From positions 1 to 64,000 of IMG/VR virus record IMGVR_UViG_3300031760_004705: a DNA stretch of 64,000 bases. One strand, written 5' to 3'. This document shows positions 1-9,942 of this stretch, in pieces (the stretch's first letter is position 1; each line of letters starts with the position of its first letter). The stretch is from a virus (Duplodnaviria > Caudoviricetes). Made by a program: the position numbers and the translations under genes. Below the pieces are notes generated by a model, which saw nothing but the letters and a program-made list of their open reading frames with translations, made no database searches and had not been told where the DNA came from.

Positions 1-51
1 GTCATCGTAAAGATATTACACTTGAATTTACAATTAATTAACTTAATTTTT

Positions 52-106
52 AATCCCGTTGAGATTTATTTTAAATCTTGACGGGATTTTTTATTTATGG
101 TATAAT
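52..106 (+). promoter_or_regulatory. sigma70/sigmaA promoter (TTGACG 78-83, 17 nt, TGG-TATAAT 101-106) whose -35 lies in the 3' arm of a 17-bp hairpin (52-88), probably an upstream terminator
   Basis: Consensus hexamers with 17-nt spacer and extended -10; inverted repeat aatcccgttgagattta/taaatcttgacgggatt with G-U pairs followed by a T tract. Confidence 0.8.
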
Positions 107-130
107 TATAGTAGAATGAAAGGAGGGCTA

Positions 131-2023
131 ATGGATAACCTTTATAAAGAAGATAGTATTGAATCTTTGTCCCCTCGTGAACACGTACGTTTGCGGCCAG
201 GCATGTATGCTGGCGATACCAGTGATGCTACTCAACTTGCAATTGAGATTCTTGGTAATGCAATTGACGAATATAATATTGGTCATGGTAACACTATTGA
301 TGTTATTGTTAATAAAACTCTAGTGTCTATTATGGATCAAGGACAAGGATTCCCAATTAATGTTATGCGCGAAGATGGAGAGACTGTCCTGCAAGCATCC
401 TTTGATGTTATCAATACTTCTGGTAAATATCGTGATGATGGAGTATATGAAGGTACTGCAATTGGCTTAAATGGTATTGGTAGTAAACTTACTAACTTTT
501 TAAGTCACAATCTTTCTGTAGTCTCTTGGAATGCAAAAGGTGAATATGAAATGATTCACTTTTCTGAGGGAGAATTTGTTACACGAGAAACTGGAAAAGA
601 AAATCATCACAGTGGCACATTGGTAACTTTTTCTCCTAGTGAAGAGTTCTTTGATTCTCCACAGGTAAATCAAAAAAAGTTGCTTAACTTTTGTGAAGAT
701 ATTACTTGTCTATGTCCAGGGTTAACTATTAATTTTAATGGTACAGATATTAAACATGAAAATGGAATACAAGATCTACTAAAGAAGCATCTTGGAAAAG
801 AGATTGAGATTATCAATAATCCTCTAATTATCCAAGAGAAGAAAGATAAGCAAGCGATTTCTCTTGCTATGAGTTATACTACTCGTGGTAGTTCTACTAT
901 TGTTCCTTATGTTAATTGTGGACTTACATCCGCGGGACCTCATATTACTTCAATTAAGTCTACAATTACTCGTATACTTAATAAGTGGGCAAAAGAACAG
1001 AATATACTTAAAGCAAAAGATAAGAATCTTGATGGTGCATCTTTGCAAGAAGGTATGATACTTGTAGCTAACATTACTGCAGAAGGTGTATCATATGATG
1101 CACAGGTTAAATCTACTATTACAAAAATTGATACAAGTTTTATATCTTCTACTCTTGGAGAACAACTTGAAATTTGGCTTGACAATAATATTGAAGATGG
1201 AAAAAACATTATTGAAAAAGCTCTTGTTGCTCGCAAAGCTGCAGAAGCCGCAAAGAAAGCTCGAGAGCGTGTTAAGGCTAAAGCTGCGACTCCTGTAAAG
1301 GCTAAAGCAATTCAACTTCCTACTACTCTTACGGATTGTTGGAGTAAAAATCGTAGTCAATGTGAGCTATTTGTCTGCGAGGGTAAATCAGCAGCCGCGG
1401 GTTTGGTAGCTGGACGAGATAGTGAGACTCAAGCTATCTATGGTGTTCGTGGTAAAATGCTTTCTGTTCTTAAAACTGCTGCAAGTAATATTTATAAGAA
1501 TCAAGAGATTAATAATCTTGTTCAAGCTCTTGGACTTGACGTAGATGAAAAAACTTGTAAACTTGTATATGACGAAAAGAAACTTCGTTATGGTAAGATC
1601 ATTGCCGCGGCCGACGCAGATTTTGATGGTTTTGCAATTGAAAATCTTTTGTTTAATATTCTTTGGTATATGTGTCCAGAACTAATTACTAATGGTCATG
1701 TATATTCTGCAGTTCCTCCACTGTTCCGCGTAACTACTAAGAAGAACGAATATGTTTACTTGCGGGATGCAGAAGCTCTTGCGGCATATCAAAAGGAACA
1801 TGGAGCACAAGTTCAGTCCATCGGCCGCCTAAAGGGTCTTGGTGAGCAGGACAGTGACGAGCTTAGTTATTGTCTACTTGATCCTGAGACTCGCAATGTA
1901 CTTCAACTTAAAGTTGAAGATTATGGTAAGACCGATAAAATGTTCCAAGATCTATACGGTAAGCGAGTAGAACCTCGTGTTCAGTTCCTCGCACAACATC
2001 TAGAGGAGGCCCGAGTTGATTAA
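131..2023 (+). CDS. Type IIA DNA topoisomerase subunit B (GyrB/ParE-like)
   Basis: GHKL motifs (EILGNAIDE, DQGQGFP, GLNGIGSKLTN), TOPRIM motifs (EGKSA, DADFDG), KGLGE; SD AGGAGG before ATG 131; no TGA. Confidence 0.95.
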   Translation: MDNLYKEDSIESLSPREHVRLRPGMYAGDTSDATQLAIEILGNAIDEYNIGHGNTIDVIVNKTLVSIMDQGQGFPINVMREDGETVLQASFDVINTSGKYRDDGVYEGTAIGLNGIGSKLTNFLSHNLSVVSWNAKGEYEMIHFSEGEFVTRETGKENHHSGTLVTFSPSEEFFDSPQVNQKKLLNFCEDITCLCPGLTINFNGTDIKHENGIQDLLKKHLGKEIEIINNPLIIQEKKDKQAISLAMSYTTRGSSTIVPYVNCGLTSAGPHITSIKSTITRILNKWAKEQNILKAKDKNLDGASLQEGMILVANITAEGVSYDAQVKSTITKIDTSFISSTLGEQLEIWLDNNIEDGKNIIEKALVARKAAEAAKKARERVKAKAATPVKAKAIQLPTTLTDCWSKNRSQCELFVCEGKSAAAGLVAGRDSETQAIYGVRGKMLSVLKTAASNIYKNQEINNLVQALGLDVDEKTCKLVYDEKKLRYGKIIAAADADFDGFAIENLLFNILWYMCPELITNGHVYSAVPPLFRVTTKKNEYVYLRDAEALAAYQKEHGAQVQSIGRLKGLGEQDSDELSYCLLDPETRNVLQLKVEDYGKTDKMFQDLYGKRVEPRVQFLAQHLEEARVD

Positions 2024-4115
2024 TGAAATTGACATTATCAGTGAGGTTCAACAGAACTTTATTGATAGTAGTTATGATACTAATACCAATCGTGCATTCC
2101 CAGATATTCGCGATGGTTTAAAGCCTGGACAACGAGCTTGTCTTTGGGAAATGTATACTAAGAAATATACTAGCAAAAAGCCCCATGTAAAATCTGCGAA
2201 GATTTCTGGCGGAGTTGCAGCTCTATGGTGGCCACATGGTACTACTGCAATCTATGAGACTTTTGCTCGTATGTCCCAACCTTTTACAAATAATATACCG
2301 GAGGTAGATTTTCATGGATCAAATGGTAACATCATCCTCGGAGGGGATGCAATCGCCGCAGATCGATACACAGAAGCTCGACTCAGCCCAATTGTTGAAT
2401 GTGGAATGTTGTCTGGAATCAATAAGAGAGTGGTTCCAATGCAAGCCAATTTTAGTGAAGACGATGAGTGGCCGCGAGTTTTTCCAGCAGTATTCCCAAG
2501 ACTTCTCGTCAACGGAGCTCAAGGAATTGGAGTTTCTCTATCGAATGTGTGGCTCCCGCACTCCTTCAGTGAGTCCGCAGAATTGCTCCTTCGTTATATT
2601 AAAACAGGAGAACTAGATGAAGATAATTTTTATCCTGACTTCCCCACTGGTGGAACAATTATTAATAAAGATGAACTTGCCACAATTAATAAGACAGGTC
2701 GAGGTAAAGTTATAGTTGAAAGTAAGTTTACTGTTTCTGGGCAAGAAATTGATTTTTATGAATTACCTTATCAAGTCTTTATTGAGCCTGTAATTGATGA
2801 AATTAAAAAAGCCATTGACGAAGAAAAAGTCACTGGTGTTGCAGATGTTTATAATAAATCTGATAAAAAGCGTATCTCTCTTGTAGTTACATGTATACCA
2901 GGAGTTGAACCTTATAAAGTTGTTGCTCAATTATTTGCGGCTACCAATCTACGCAAACAATTTAATGCTAATCAAAATGGAATTATTAGTAAAACTCCTA
3001 TTATGATTACGTTAAAGAAATATGTTGATACATATATTGAGCATAATACTGGTTGTATTAAAAAAGAATATGAATATGATCTTGCGGCTGCACGTAAGAG
3101 AATCCATATTCTTGAAGGATTATCAATTGCTCTTGAGAATATTGATAATGTTCTTGCTCTTATTAAACAGAGTGAAAACAAAGCGATTGCCGCAGTTAAT
3201 CTTTGTGAAAAGTATCATCTAAGTAGAGAGCAAGCTGATGCTATTCTCGCTATGACTTTAAGCCGTCTTACTCATATGGATCAAATTGCTATTAACAAAG
3301 AACTCCAAGAGAAGAAAGAGTTGGCTTTAATCTGTCAAGAAGTAATTGAGTCTTATCAAAAACAAAAAGATATTCTCTCTGAGAGATTGCGGGATCTTGT
3401 TAAGAAATTTGGAGACAAGCGCCGCACAGCTGTAATTCAAAAAGATATTCCTAAAACATCTACGGCTCGCAAAGCTAAAGAGCTTATCATTGAAGATGTT
3501 ATTGTCACTCGTACAATGCAAGGATATTTGAAGAGCACTCCTGTAAAAGCTTATCGTGAAGCTAGAGTTAATATTGAAAAGGTCAAAGCCCGCACAGATG
3601 ATATACTTTTACTATTCTCTTCTCTTGGAAAATTATATCGTCTAAAAGTTAGTGAGATTAAACAATGTGCGGCGGGTGATAAAGGTACTGCTCTTGGAGC
3701 AATCCTTACTCTTGATCCAACTGAAAAGATTTTGTTTATGACCAATATGAATATTGATCAGAAACATCCTTATATCACGGGAGTAACAGAACAAGGTCTT
3801 GTAAAGAAATCAGATAAGACTATCTTTATTGGTAGCACCCAGAATAAACGTGGTATGAAATGCGCTGGACTTAATGAAGGAGATAAGTTTATTTGGTTTG
3901 GTGAGACTAATGGCGATCATATGGTTCTTTATACTGAAAATCATATGGGTATCCAATTTAAACTTGATGAAATTAATCCTGTAGGTAAAACAGCTAAAGG
4001 TGTTAAAGGTATTAATCTTGGAGATACAGATAAAATAGCTAGGGTCACTGTAGGGCCTGAGTCCAAGAAATTACCGGTACAGCATAGAGCTGGAAAAGGA
4101 ATTAAGCTCTCCTAA
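2016..4115 (+). CDS. Type IIA DNA topoisomerase subunit A (GyrA/ParC-like)
   Basis: RDGLKPGQR, HGT, catalytic-Tyr motif AADRYTEARL, NGAQGIGV, C-terminal pinwheel-like repeats; TTG start with SD GAGGAGG. Confidence 0.95.
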   Translation: MINEIDIISEVQQNFIDSSYDTNTNRAFPDIRDGLKPGQRACLWEMYTKKYTSKKPHVKSAKISGGVAALWWPHGTTAIYETFARMSQPFTNNIPEVDFHGSNGNIILGGDAIAADRYTEARLSPIVECGMLSGINKRVVPMQANFSEDDEWPRVFPAVFPRLLVNGAQGIGVSLSNVWLPHSFSESAELLLRYIKTGELDEDNFYPDFPTGGTIINKDELATINKTGRGKVIVESKFTVSGQEIDFYELPYQVFIEPVIDEIKKAIDEEKVTGVADVYNKSDKKRISLVVTCIPGVEPYKVVAQLFAATNLRKQFNANQNGIISKTPIMITLKKYVDTYIEHNTGCIKKEYEYDLAAARKRIHILEGLSIALENIDNVLALIKQSENKAIAAVNLCEKYHLSREQADAILAMTLSRLTHMDQIAINKELQEKKELALICQEVIESYQKQKDILSERLRDLVKKFGDKRRTAVIQKDIPKTSTARKAKELIIEDVIVTRTMQGYLKSTPVKAYREARVNIEKVKARTDDILLLFSSLGKLYRLKVSEIKQCAAGDKGTALGAILTLDPTEKILFMTNMNIDQKHPYITGVTEQGLVKKSDKTIFIGSTQNKRGMKCAGLNEGDKFIWFGETNGDHMVLYTENHMGIQFKLDEINPVGKTAKGVKGINLGDTDKIARVTVGPESKKLPVQHRAGKGIKLS

Positions 4116-4153
4116 AAAAGGGACTTTACAAGTCCCTTTTTTTATTATATAAT
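4114..4153 (+). terminator. Intrinsic terminator overlapping a promoter (TTTACA 4125-30 in the loop, 17 nt, TATAAT 4148-53)
   Basis: aaaaaagggact-ttaca-agtcccttttttt directly after the topoisomerase A stop. Confidence 0.8.
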
Positions 4154-4176
4154 ATTATTAAAAGAAAGGAGAATTT

Positions 4177-5304
4177 ATGAGTGAACTTTATCCTGGCAGC
4201 TATCAATTAGAGCCTATGAAATATAATGGTAAACCATCACAAGCTCTTATTGATGAAGCTTTTAAAGGTAATGGCAAATGGGTAGCCCAGCAGAAGTATG
4301 ATGGTGCTCTTTATATGCTAGAAAAAATTGATAATGATCATATTTATTTGTTCGCAAGAACTAAATCTCGTAAGACAGGTGAACTTGTTGAGAAAAGTGC
4401 TAATGTTCCGCATATAGTAGAATGGGCCAAATCTCTTCCAGATGATACCGTTTTGCTAGGAGAAATTTATGTTCCTGGTGGTAAGAGCAATGATGTAACA
4501 AAAATTATGGGATGTACTCCAACCAATGCTATTGCTAGACAAAAGGGCAAAGGCTATGGTGGATTTATACATTATTATGTTTTTGATTGCATTCGTTTTA
4601 ATGGCATTGATCTTTGCAATACTGGATTTGTAGCTCGTTTTAAAAAATTCCAAGACTGGTTCTATACTCAAGATATTAGTGTTTACGTAGAAATGTCTCA
4701 TGTTTATACTGAGAATTTTGAAGAAAGACTTCATAGTATTCTTGCTGATGGCGGCGAAGGTATGGTATTTAAAAAGTTTGATGCCGTATATGAGCCAGGC
4801 AAGCGTCCAACTCGTACTTATTTCAAAATGAAACAACATATGGATAGTCTTGATCTAGTGTGCATTGGACTTGAAGATCCAATCCGAATCTATACGGGCA
4901 AAGAAATTGAAACTTGGCAGTATTGGATTCAGCGTGGCGAACAAGATCAAAATGGTGCATATCAATGGCATGATTATTATGGTTATCATTATAAAGATTA
5001 TCAGTATAATCCGCATCTTTGGGAACCTGTAACCAAGCCTTGGTTCTTCGGCTGGAAAAATGCTATGACACTTGGTCTTTATAAAGACGGACAACTTGTA
5101 GAAATTGGTAGAGTAGCTTCTGGACTTACCGATGCTATACGTGAAGATATGGCAAATAATCCAAATAATTACATTGGACATGTTGTAGAAGTAGAATGCA
5201 TGTCTACTACTAAGGATGGAGCATTGCGGCATCCTGTGTTTATTCGCATGCGAGACGACAAAGCTCCTGAGGATTGTAAATATGAGGAGGTGTTTAATGT
5301 ATAA
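4177..5304 (+). CDS. lig: ATP-dependent DNA ligase
   Basis: KYDG adenylation motif, LLGE, FDC, EGMVFK, KMK, C-terminal OB fold LRHPVFIRMRDDK. Confidence 0.93.
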   Translation: MSELYPGSYQLEPMKYNGKPSQALIDEAFKGNGKWVAQQKYDGALYMLEKIDNDHIYLFARTKSRKTGELVEKSANVPHIVEWAKSLPDDTVLLGEIYVPGGKSNDVTKIMGCTPTNAIARQKGKGYGGFIHYYVFDCIRFNGIDLCNTGFVARFKKFQDWFYTQDISVYVEMSHVYTENFEERLHSILADGGEGMVFKKFDAVYEPGKRPTRTYFKMKQHMDSLDLVCIGLEDPIRIYTGKEIETWQYWIQRGEQDQNGAYQWHDYYGYHYKDYQYNPHLWEPVTKPWFFGWKNAMTLGLYKDGQLVEIGRVASGLTDAIREDMANNPNNYIGHVVEVECMSTTKDGALRHPVFIRMRDDKAPEDCKYEEVFNV

Positions 5305-5590
5305 CGTAGAAGAAGCCTATATGGCAACTATTAAATCTGGAAGTGAGCAATTTAAAAAACTTTTAACTTATACTAAAAAGCAGATTCAGTCAGCTATCAA
5401 AAAAGGTATTTTTGCAACCGCTCTTGATCTAGGGCATAATATTTATCCTGTGCATGACATTGATCGGCTACAAGAGTTTTTACTTTTCTTAGGATATAAA
5501 GTTGAACGCACAGAATATACTAATGATATTACTCGGCTTTATATTCAGTGGACAGAAACTGAGTTTAAAAAATATCTTGACAATCAATAA
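5297..5590 (+). CDS. Hypothetical protein (97 aa)
   Basis: SD GGAGG before ATG 5297 overlapping the ligase stop; open to TAA. Confidence 0.7.
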   Translation: MYNVEEAYMATIKSGSEQFKKLLTYTKKQIQSAIKKGIFATALDLGHNIYPVHDIDRLQEFLLFLGYKVERTEYTNDITRLYIQWTETEFKKYLDNQ

Positions 5591-5662
5591 AATAAATGAT
5601 ATAATTTAATTAAAGAAGTTAAGAAAAAAGTTCTTGACTTTTTATCAAATAAGTAGTATAAT
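5577..5662 (+). promoter_or_regulatory. Two tandem sigmaA promoters (TTGACA 5577/TATAAT 5600; TTGACT 5634/TATAAT 5657)
   Basis: Both have 17-nt spacers; the second -35 lies in an inverted repeat aagttaaga/tcttgactt. Confidence 0.8.
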
Positions 5663-5720
5663 ATATTAAGAAATAAAATAAAAGGAACAAAGTTCCAAAA
5701 GAGAGAAAAGGAGTCTCATT

Positions 5721-5969
5721 ATGGCTAAACTATTTTCTGATAAAGCTCAGGCAGTTCTCGGTTTCCTCCAGGCTCATGAGGGCGAGGATCTAACTTCTAA
5801 GGACATCGCAGCCGCTCTCGAGATCGAGGGTCGTTCTATTACAGGTGTTCTTAATGGTCTACAGCGCAAGGGTCTTGTTGTTCGTGAGGTTGTAGAGGGC
5901 CAGAAGGATAAGCTCATTCGTCTTACTGCTGATGGTGTTACTGCCGATCCCAATGCAGACAAAGAGTAA
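5721..5969 (+). CDS. Small winged-helix DNA-binding protein (MarR/HTH-like)
   Basis: LTSKDIAAALEIEGRSITGVLNGLQRKGLV helix-turn-helix plus wing; strong SD; codon bias of a highly expressed gene. Confidence 0.7.
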   Translation: MAKLFSDKAQAVLGFLQAHEGEDLTSKDIAAALEIEGRSITGVLNGLQRKGLVVREVVEGQKDKLIRLTADGVTADPNADKE

Positions 5970-5990
5970 TTAGATTATATAAAGAGATAA

Positions 5991-6037
5991 AAGGAGAGCG
6001 GAGGTAGGAGTAATCTTATCTCCGCTATTTTATTATG
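5991..6037 (+). promoter_or_regulatory. 13-bp GNRA-capped hairpin between SD (AAGGAG 5991-96) and ATG 6035
   Basis: agcggaggtagga-gtaa-tcttatctccgct (5997-6026), then 8 nt, then ATG. Confidence 0.55.
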
Positions 6038-7042
6038 AATTGAGATAATCTAATTCCCATTATTATTTTTATTTTATATGCACTTGTTGGATGATTCTGT
6101 TATTGACTTGGTTGTGAAACAGTTCAACCTATTGAAGATATTAATGATAGAATTTTAGAGAGAAGAAAAGAATTAGAAGATGATATTTTCTCTTTAAAAA
6201 ATGAAGAAAAAGAACGTATAGAACGTAATAATATTTTAGATGAAGAGTTTGATCAAATTGGTAAAAAATTAGCTGAAAAAAGAAATGAAAAAATTTTACT
6301 TGATAATGAATTACTTTTAAAACAGCAACAAAAAGAAGAAGTTCAAGATTTTATAGATCAGTCTGAAAAATTAGCTAATGAAAAAGCTGATGCTATATAT
6401 CAAAAAAGACTTTTAGAATTAGAAAAAGACTTTAAAGATTCAAAAGAATATTATACAACAACATTAAACACTTTAACAGAATATATTCAAACTGAAAAAG
6501 AACAATTGGAATCTTTAAAAGCAACACGTGCGGCCGCAATTGAAGCAGCTAAAAGAGAAAAAGAAATTCAAGAAGATAAAGATGATTATTGTCTTGTTCT
6601 TCCAATAGAATATAGGAATGATATAAAAATCTTACGAAGTGTAAGTGAACAAATTGCAAAACCTAGATCTATTTTAATGGCTATCTGACAAGCATATTAT
6701 GCACCTTTAGCTAAAAAGAAATTCCCACAAATATTAAATAAGACCGATGTATGCGGCATCTATAAAATTACAAATCAAGAAACCGGTGAATGTTATATAG
6801 GTCAAGCTGTTGACATACGCCGCAGATGAATGGATCACTGTAAAGCTGGATTGGGTATTGATACGCCGCAAGGTAATCAATTATATGCCGCAATGCTAGA
6901 ATATGGATTAGATTCTTTTTCCTTTGAACTTCTCTTGGAATGTGAATCTAGTCAATTAAATGAAAAAGAAAAATATTTTATTGAATTGTATAATTCAGAT
7001 GCTATTGGATATAATATGAATAAAGGAGTAAATAATGGTTAA
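6035..7042 (+). CDS. Membrane-anchored coiled-coil protein with C-terminal GIY-YIG nuclease domain (335 aa, 5 TGA=Trp)
   Basis: Track ORFs 6506 and 6830 are in frame with ATG 6035; N-terminal hydrophobic LIPIIIFILYALVG, long E/K coiled coil, CGIYKITNQETGECYIGQAVDIRRR[TGA]MDH. Confidence 0.8.
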
Positions 7043-7703
7043 TTTTCAAACAATAGAAGTTGCGGGATTTGCACCTGCAATTATGGGTATGCGTCATCCA
7101 TTAAAGTCTTATGATAAGGCAGATAGTTCTTATGATGAAGAAGGCATCCTTCATATTGGACAAAATGATTATGATTTAGCTAGACGACTTTGTCAAGCAG
7201 GAGGTCCTGAACATGCAAAGTTTCTTCGACAGATTGAAGTATGAGTAAATATTACAGCACCAAGATTTTGGTGGGTAGAAGAAGCAACTTATAAAATCGG
7301 TACAACTGAAAATTCTCAGTCTACAATGCATACTCTAATGCGCGATGGGGTTAAACCAGAAGATATTTATTTTATTTTTGGTGAAGATGAAATTGCTAAT
7401 AATGCTATGCTTACTTATATTCAAGCAATTAATGATCTTATTGACCTTTATAAACAGCTAGAACCTGGTGATATTAAAGAACAATATTTCGAGAAGATTA
7501 AAGCTATGCTTCCTGAAGGTTTTCTCCAGACTCGTATGGTAAGTCTTAATTATCAAGTTCTTCGTACTATGTATAATCAGCGCAAAGGTCATCGTCTCTC
7601 TGGATGGAATACTGATTTTGTAAATTGGGTTAAAACACTTCCAGTTTCTGAGTGGATTACAGGTGATTTTCCTGAGCCGGAAAATGTAGTTGACGGGCAA
7701 TAA
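7035..7703 (+). CDS. ThyX-fold-like phage protein (222 aa, 1 TGA=Trp)
   Basis: Track ORFs 7035 and 7326 join via TGA 7242-44: KFLRQIEV[W]VNITAPRFWWVEEATYKIGT..NSQSTMH, a recurrent phage family; lacks the RHRx7-8S ThyX motif. Confidence 0.6.
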
Positions 7704-7718
7704 AAAATATATTATAAT
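7690..7718 (+). promoter_or_regulatory. sigmaA promoter
   Basis: TTGACG-N17-TATAAT. Confidence 0.75.
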
Positions 7719-7759
7719 ATAATTGTAATAAAGAGACAAGAGAAAGAGAGAAATTTTAT

Positions 7760-8716
7760 ATGCGACAGAATAAGAATGTAGTTTATGTAGAGGGTTATGT
7801 TTATAATTATAGTCTCTTTGCAAACGTAGCAGGTCCGAATAGTAAGAATCCTGGTCAGGAGTATATCAACGGTACTGTTAACATTGCAACTGACGAGGAT
7901 GGTATTAATATCGTAAGTGTTCGTTATACTTATGTTATTCCGACTTGGAAGAGTGGTAAGGAGAATGAGACTTATACTATTCTTCAGGCTCTTCTAAATG
8001 GTGCTCCTACTTGGGAGAAGGATGGTAAGGACAAGGCGACTAAGCTTCGCATTCAGGGTGATGTAGAAGTTAATGATTTTATGGGTCGCGATGGTAACAT
8101 GGTTGAAACCAAGCAAGTTCGTGGTGGTTTCACTCATTATGCAAATGATGGATTCCGTGATAAGCGTAATAACTTTGAAACTGATATGCTTATTACAAGT
8201 GCAGTTCGTGTAGAAGTCGAAAATGGAAATGATTATATGAACCTTTCTGGTTATGTATTTAATTTCCGTAATGACTTTATTCCTGTAACTTATACTCTTA
8301 ATAACGAAGCTGGTATCAAGTATTTTGAGAGTCTTGATATTTCAATGAACACCCCTTATTATACTTATGTTTGGGGTAAGATTGTTTCTTCCACTCAGCG
8401 TATTGAGAAGCAGGTAGAGACTGCTTGGGGAGCTCCGCAAGTTGAATATACTACTCGTACTCTTCGTATGTGGGAAGTTGAAGGATGCTCACCTGAGTCT
8501 TACGAATTTGATGATGATTCTACAATTACTCTTGCAGAGTTTAAGCAGGGTCTTGCAAATCGTGAGCAGCAGAAGGCAGAAGCTAAAGCTCGTCAGGAAG
8601 CTCGTAATGCTTCTACCACCGGTAAATCTGGATTCCCCGCAACTACTGATGCGGATCTACCTTTCGGTGCTCCAACTTCTTCTTCTCCAACCGCAGCTTC
8701 TAACTTCAAGTTTTAG
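7760..8716 (+). CDS. Single-stranded DNA-binding protein-like (two OB-like halves)
   Basis: Beta-rich, flexible low-complexity tail ending in Phe, high-expression codon bias, lies next to a Sak4-like ATPase. Confidence 0.6.
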   Translation: MRQNKNVVYVEGYVYNYSLFANVAGPNSKNPGQEYINGTVNIATDEDGINIVSVRYTYVIPTWKSGKENETYTILQALLNGAPTWEKDGKDKATKLRIQGDVEVNDFMGRDGNMVETKQVRGGFTHYANDGFRDKRNNFETDMLITSAVRVEVENGNDYMNLSGYVFNFRNDFIPVTYTLNNEAGIKYFESLDISMNTPYYTYVWGKIVSSTQRIEKQVETAWGAPQVEYTTRTLRMWEVEGCSPESYEFDDDSTITLAEFKQGLANREQQKAEAKARQEARNASTTGKSGFPATTDADLPFGAPTSSSPTAASNFKF

Positions 8717-8729
8717 GAGGTAACCACAT

Positions 8730-9734
8730 ATGGCGATTGACATTTTTGCAATTAAACCACATGAGGTCAGTCGCGACCTCTGTGGTTACACTGTTCTTCT
8801 TTATGGTCAACCTAAGACCGGTAAAACTACAACCGCGGCTCAGTTCCCGCAAGCACTTCTTTGTGCATTTGAAACTGGTTATCTTGCTATTCCTGGTGTA
8901 ATGGCACAGCCAGTAAATAAATGGTCTGAGTTTAAGCAAATTCTAAAGCAGCTTGATTCAGATCAAGCACGTCAGCAATTTAAAAATGTAATTGTTGATA
9001 CTGTAGATATTGCATATGATCTTTGTGAGAAATATATTTGTAATCAAAATGGTGTTTCAACTGTAGGTGATCTTGCATATGGTAAAGGCTATGCTCTTGC
9101 AAAGAAAGAGTTTGATGAAGCTCTTCGCAAGATTCCTCAAATGGGATATGGTCTTGTAATGATTTCTCATGCGCAAGATAAGACTTTTAAGGATGAAAAT
9201 GGCGATGAATACCAGCAAATCGTTCCTACTCTTGCAAATCAGCCTCGTCTTGTAGTTGACCGTATGAGTGATATTATTGGTTATGCACATCCCTTCCAAG
9301 AGGAAGATGGAACTGTTCATACTACTCTATTTATGCGCGGTACCCCTCGGTTTGTAGCTGGTTCTCGATTCAAATATACACCTGATAGTATCGAGTTTAG
9401 TTATGATAACCTCGTTAATGCAATTGGTGATGCAATCGATCGGCAAGCAAAAGATTTCGGAGGACAATACGTAACCGATGCCCCTACTCAAGCTCATGTC
9501 GCAGAACCAGAACTTGATTTTGACGCGCTTATGGCTCAGTTCAATGAACTCGTATTTAAGATTCAAAATGCAACTGGTGGAGCATTTGGTACGACATGGG
9601 CACCTCGCATTGTAGCTATTACAGATAAGTATCTAGGTAAGGGCAAGAAAGTTTCTGAAATGTCTCGTGATCAGGTAGAACAACTTGTACTTATTGTAGA
9701 TGATCTTACGGAAGCTGTTGGTAATGGACTATAG
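8730..9734 (+). CDS. AAA_24/Sak4-like ATPase (ssDNA-annealing recombinase family)
   Basis: Walker A YGQPKTGKTT, Walker B VIVDTVD, ISHAQDK, typical context beside SSB. Confidence 0.8.
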   Translation: MAIDIFAIKPHEVSRDLCGYTVLLYGQPKTGKTTTAAQFPQALLCAFETGYLAIPGVMAQPVNKWSEFKQILKQLDSDQARQQFKNVIVDTVDIAYDLCEKYICNQNGVSTVGDLAYGKGYALAKKEFDEALRKIPQMGYGLVMISHAQDKTFKDENGDEYQQIVPTLANQPRLVVDRMSDIIGYAHPFQEEDGTVHTTLFMRGTPRFVAGSRFKYTPDSIEFSYDNLVNAIGDAIDRQAKDFGGQYVTDAPTQAHVAEPELDFDALMAQFNELVFKIQNATGGAFGTTWAPRIVAITDKYLGKGKKVSEMSRDQVEQLVLIVDDLTEAVGNGL

Positions 9735-9735
9735 A

Positions 9736-9942
9736 ATGAATGTTGGTAATGAGCTTGCTCAAATAAAAAATTGTAAAACTATAGATGAAATTAAAAAATT
9801 TCTTGAAGATCATAATTTAAAATTTGATCATTGGTATCTTGATACAAGCACTTCTGAGAATACAGATACAAAAGGATTATATGTAGTTGCTTATTATCAA
9901 GATATTGATGGAGTATTCATTCAAATTAGTTTTAATTTTTAG
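9736..9942 (+). CDS. Hypothetical protein (68 aa)
   Basis: ATG 9736 just after the upstream TAG; open frame. Confidence 0.55.
   Translation: MNVGNELAQIKNCKTIDEIKKFLEDHNLKFDHWYLDTSTSENTDTKGLYVVAYYQDIDGVFIQISFNF

Noticed and set aside
59-130. Track start at GTG 59 for topoisomerase B
   Set aside because: It lies within the terminator/promoter; the SD supports ATG 131
6035-7042. Mobile homing endonuclease or intron
   Set aside because: It has a TM anchor and coiled coil, interrupts no host gene, and no intron or intein features were seen in dnaE, nrdD or dnaB
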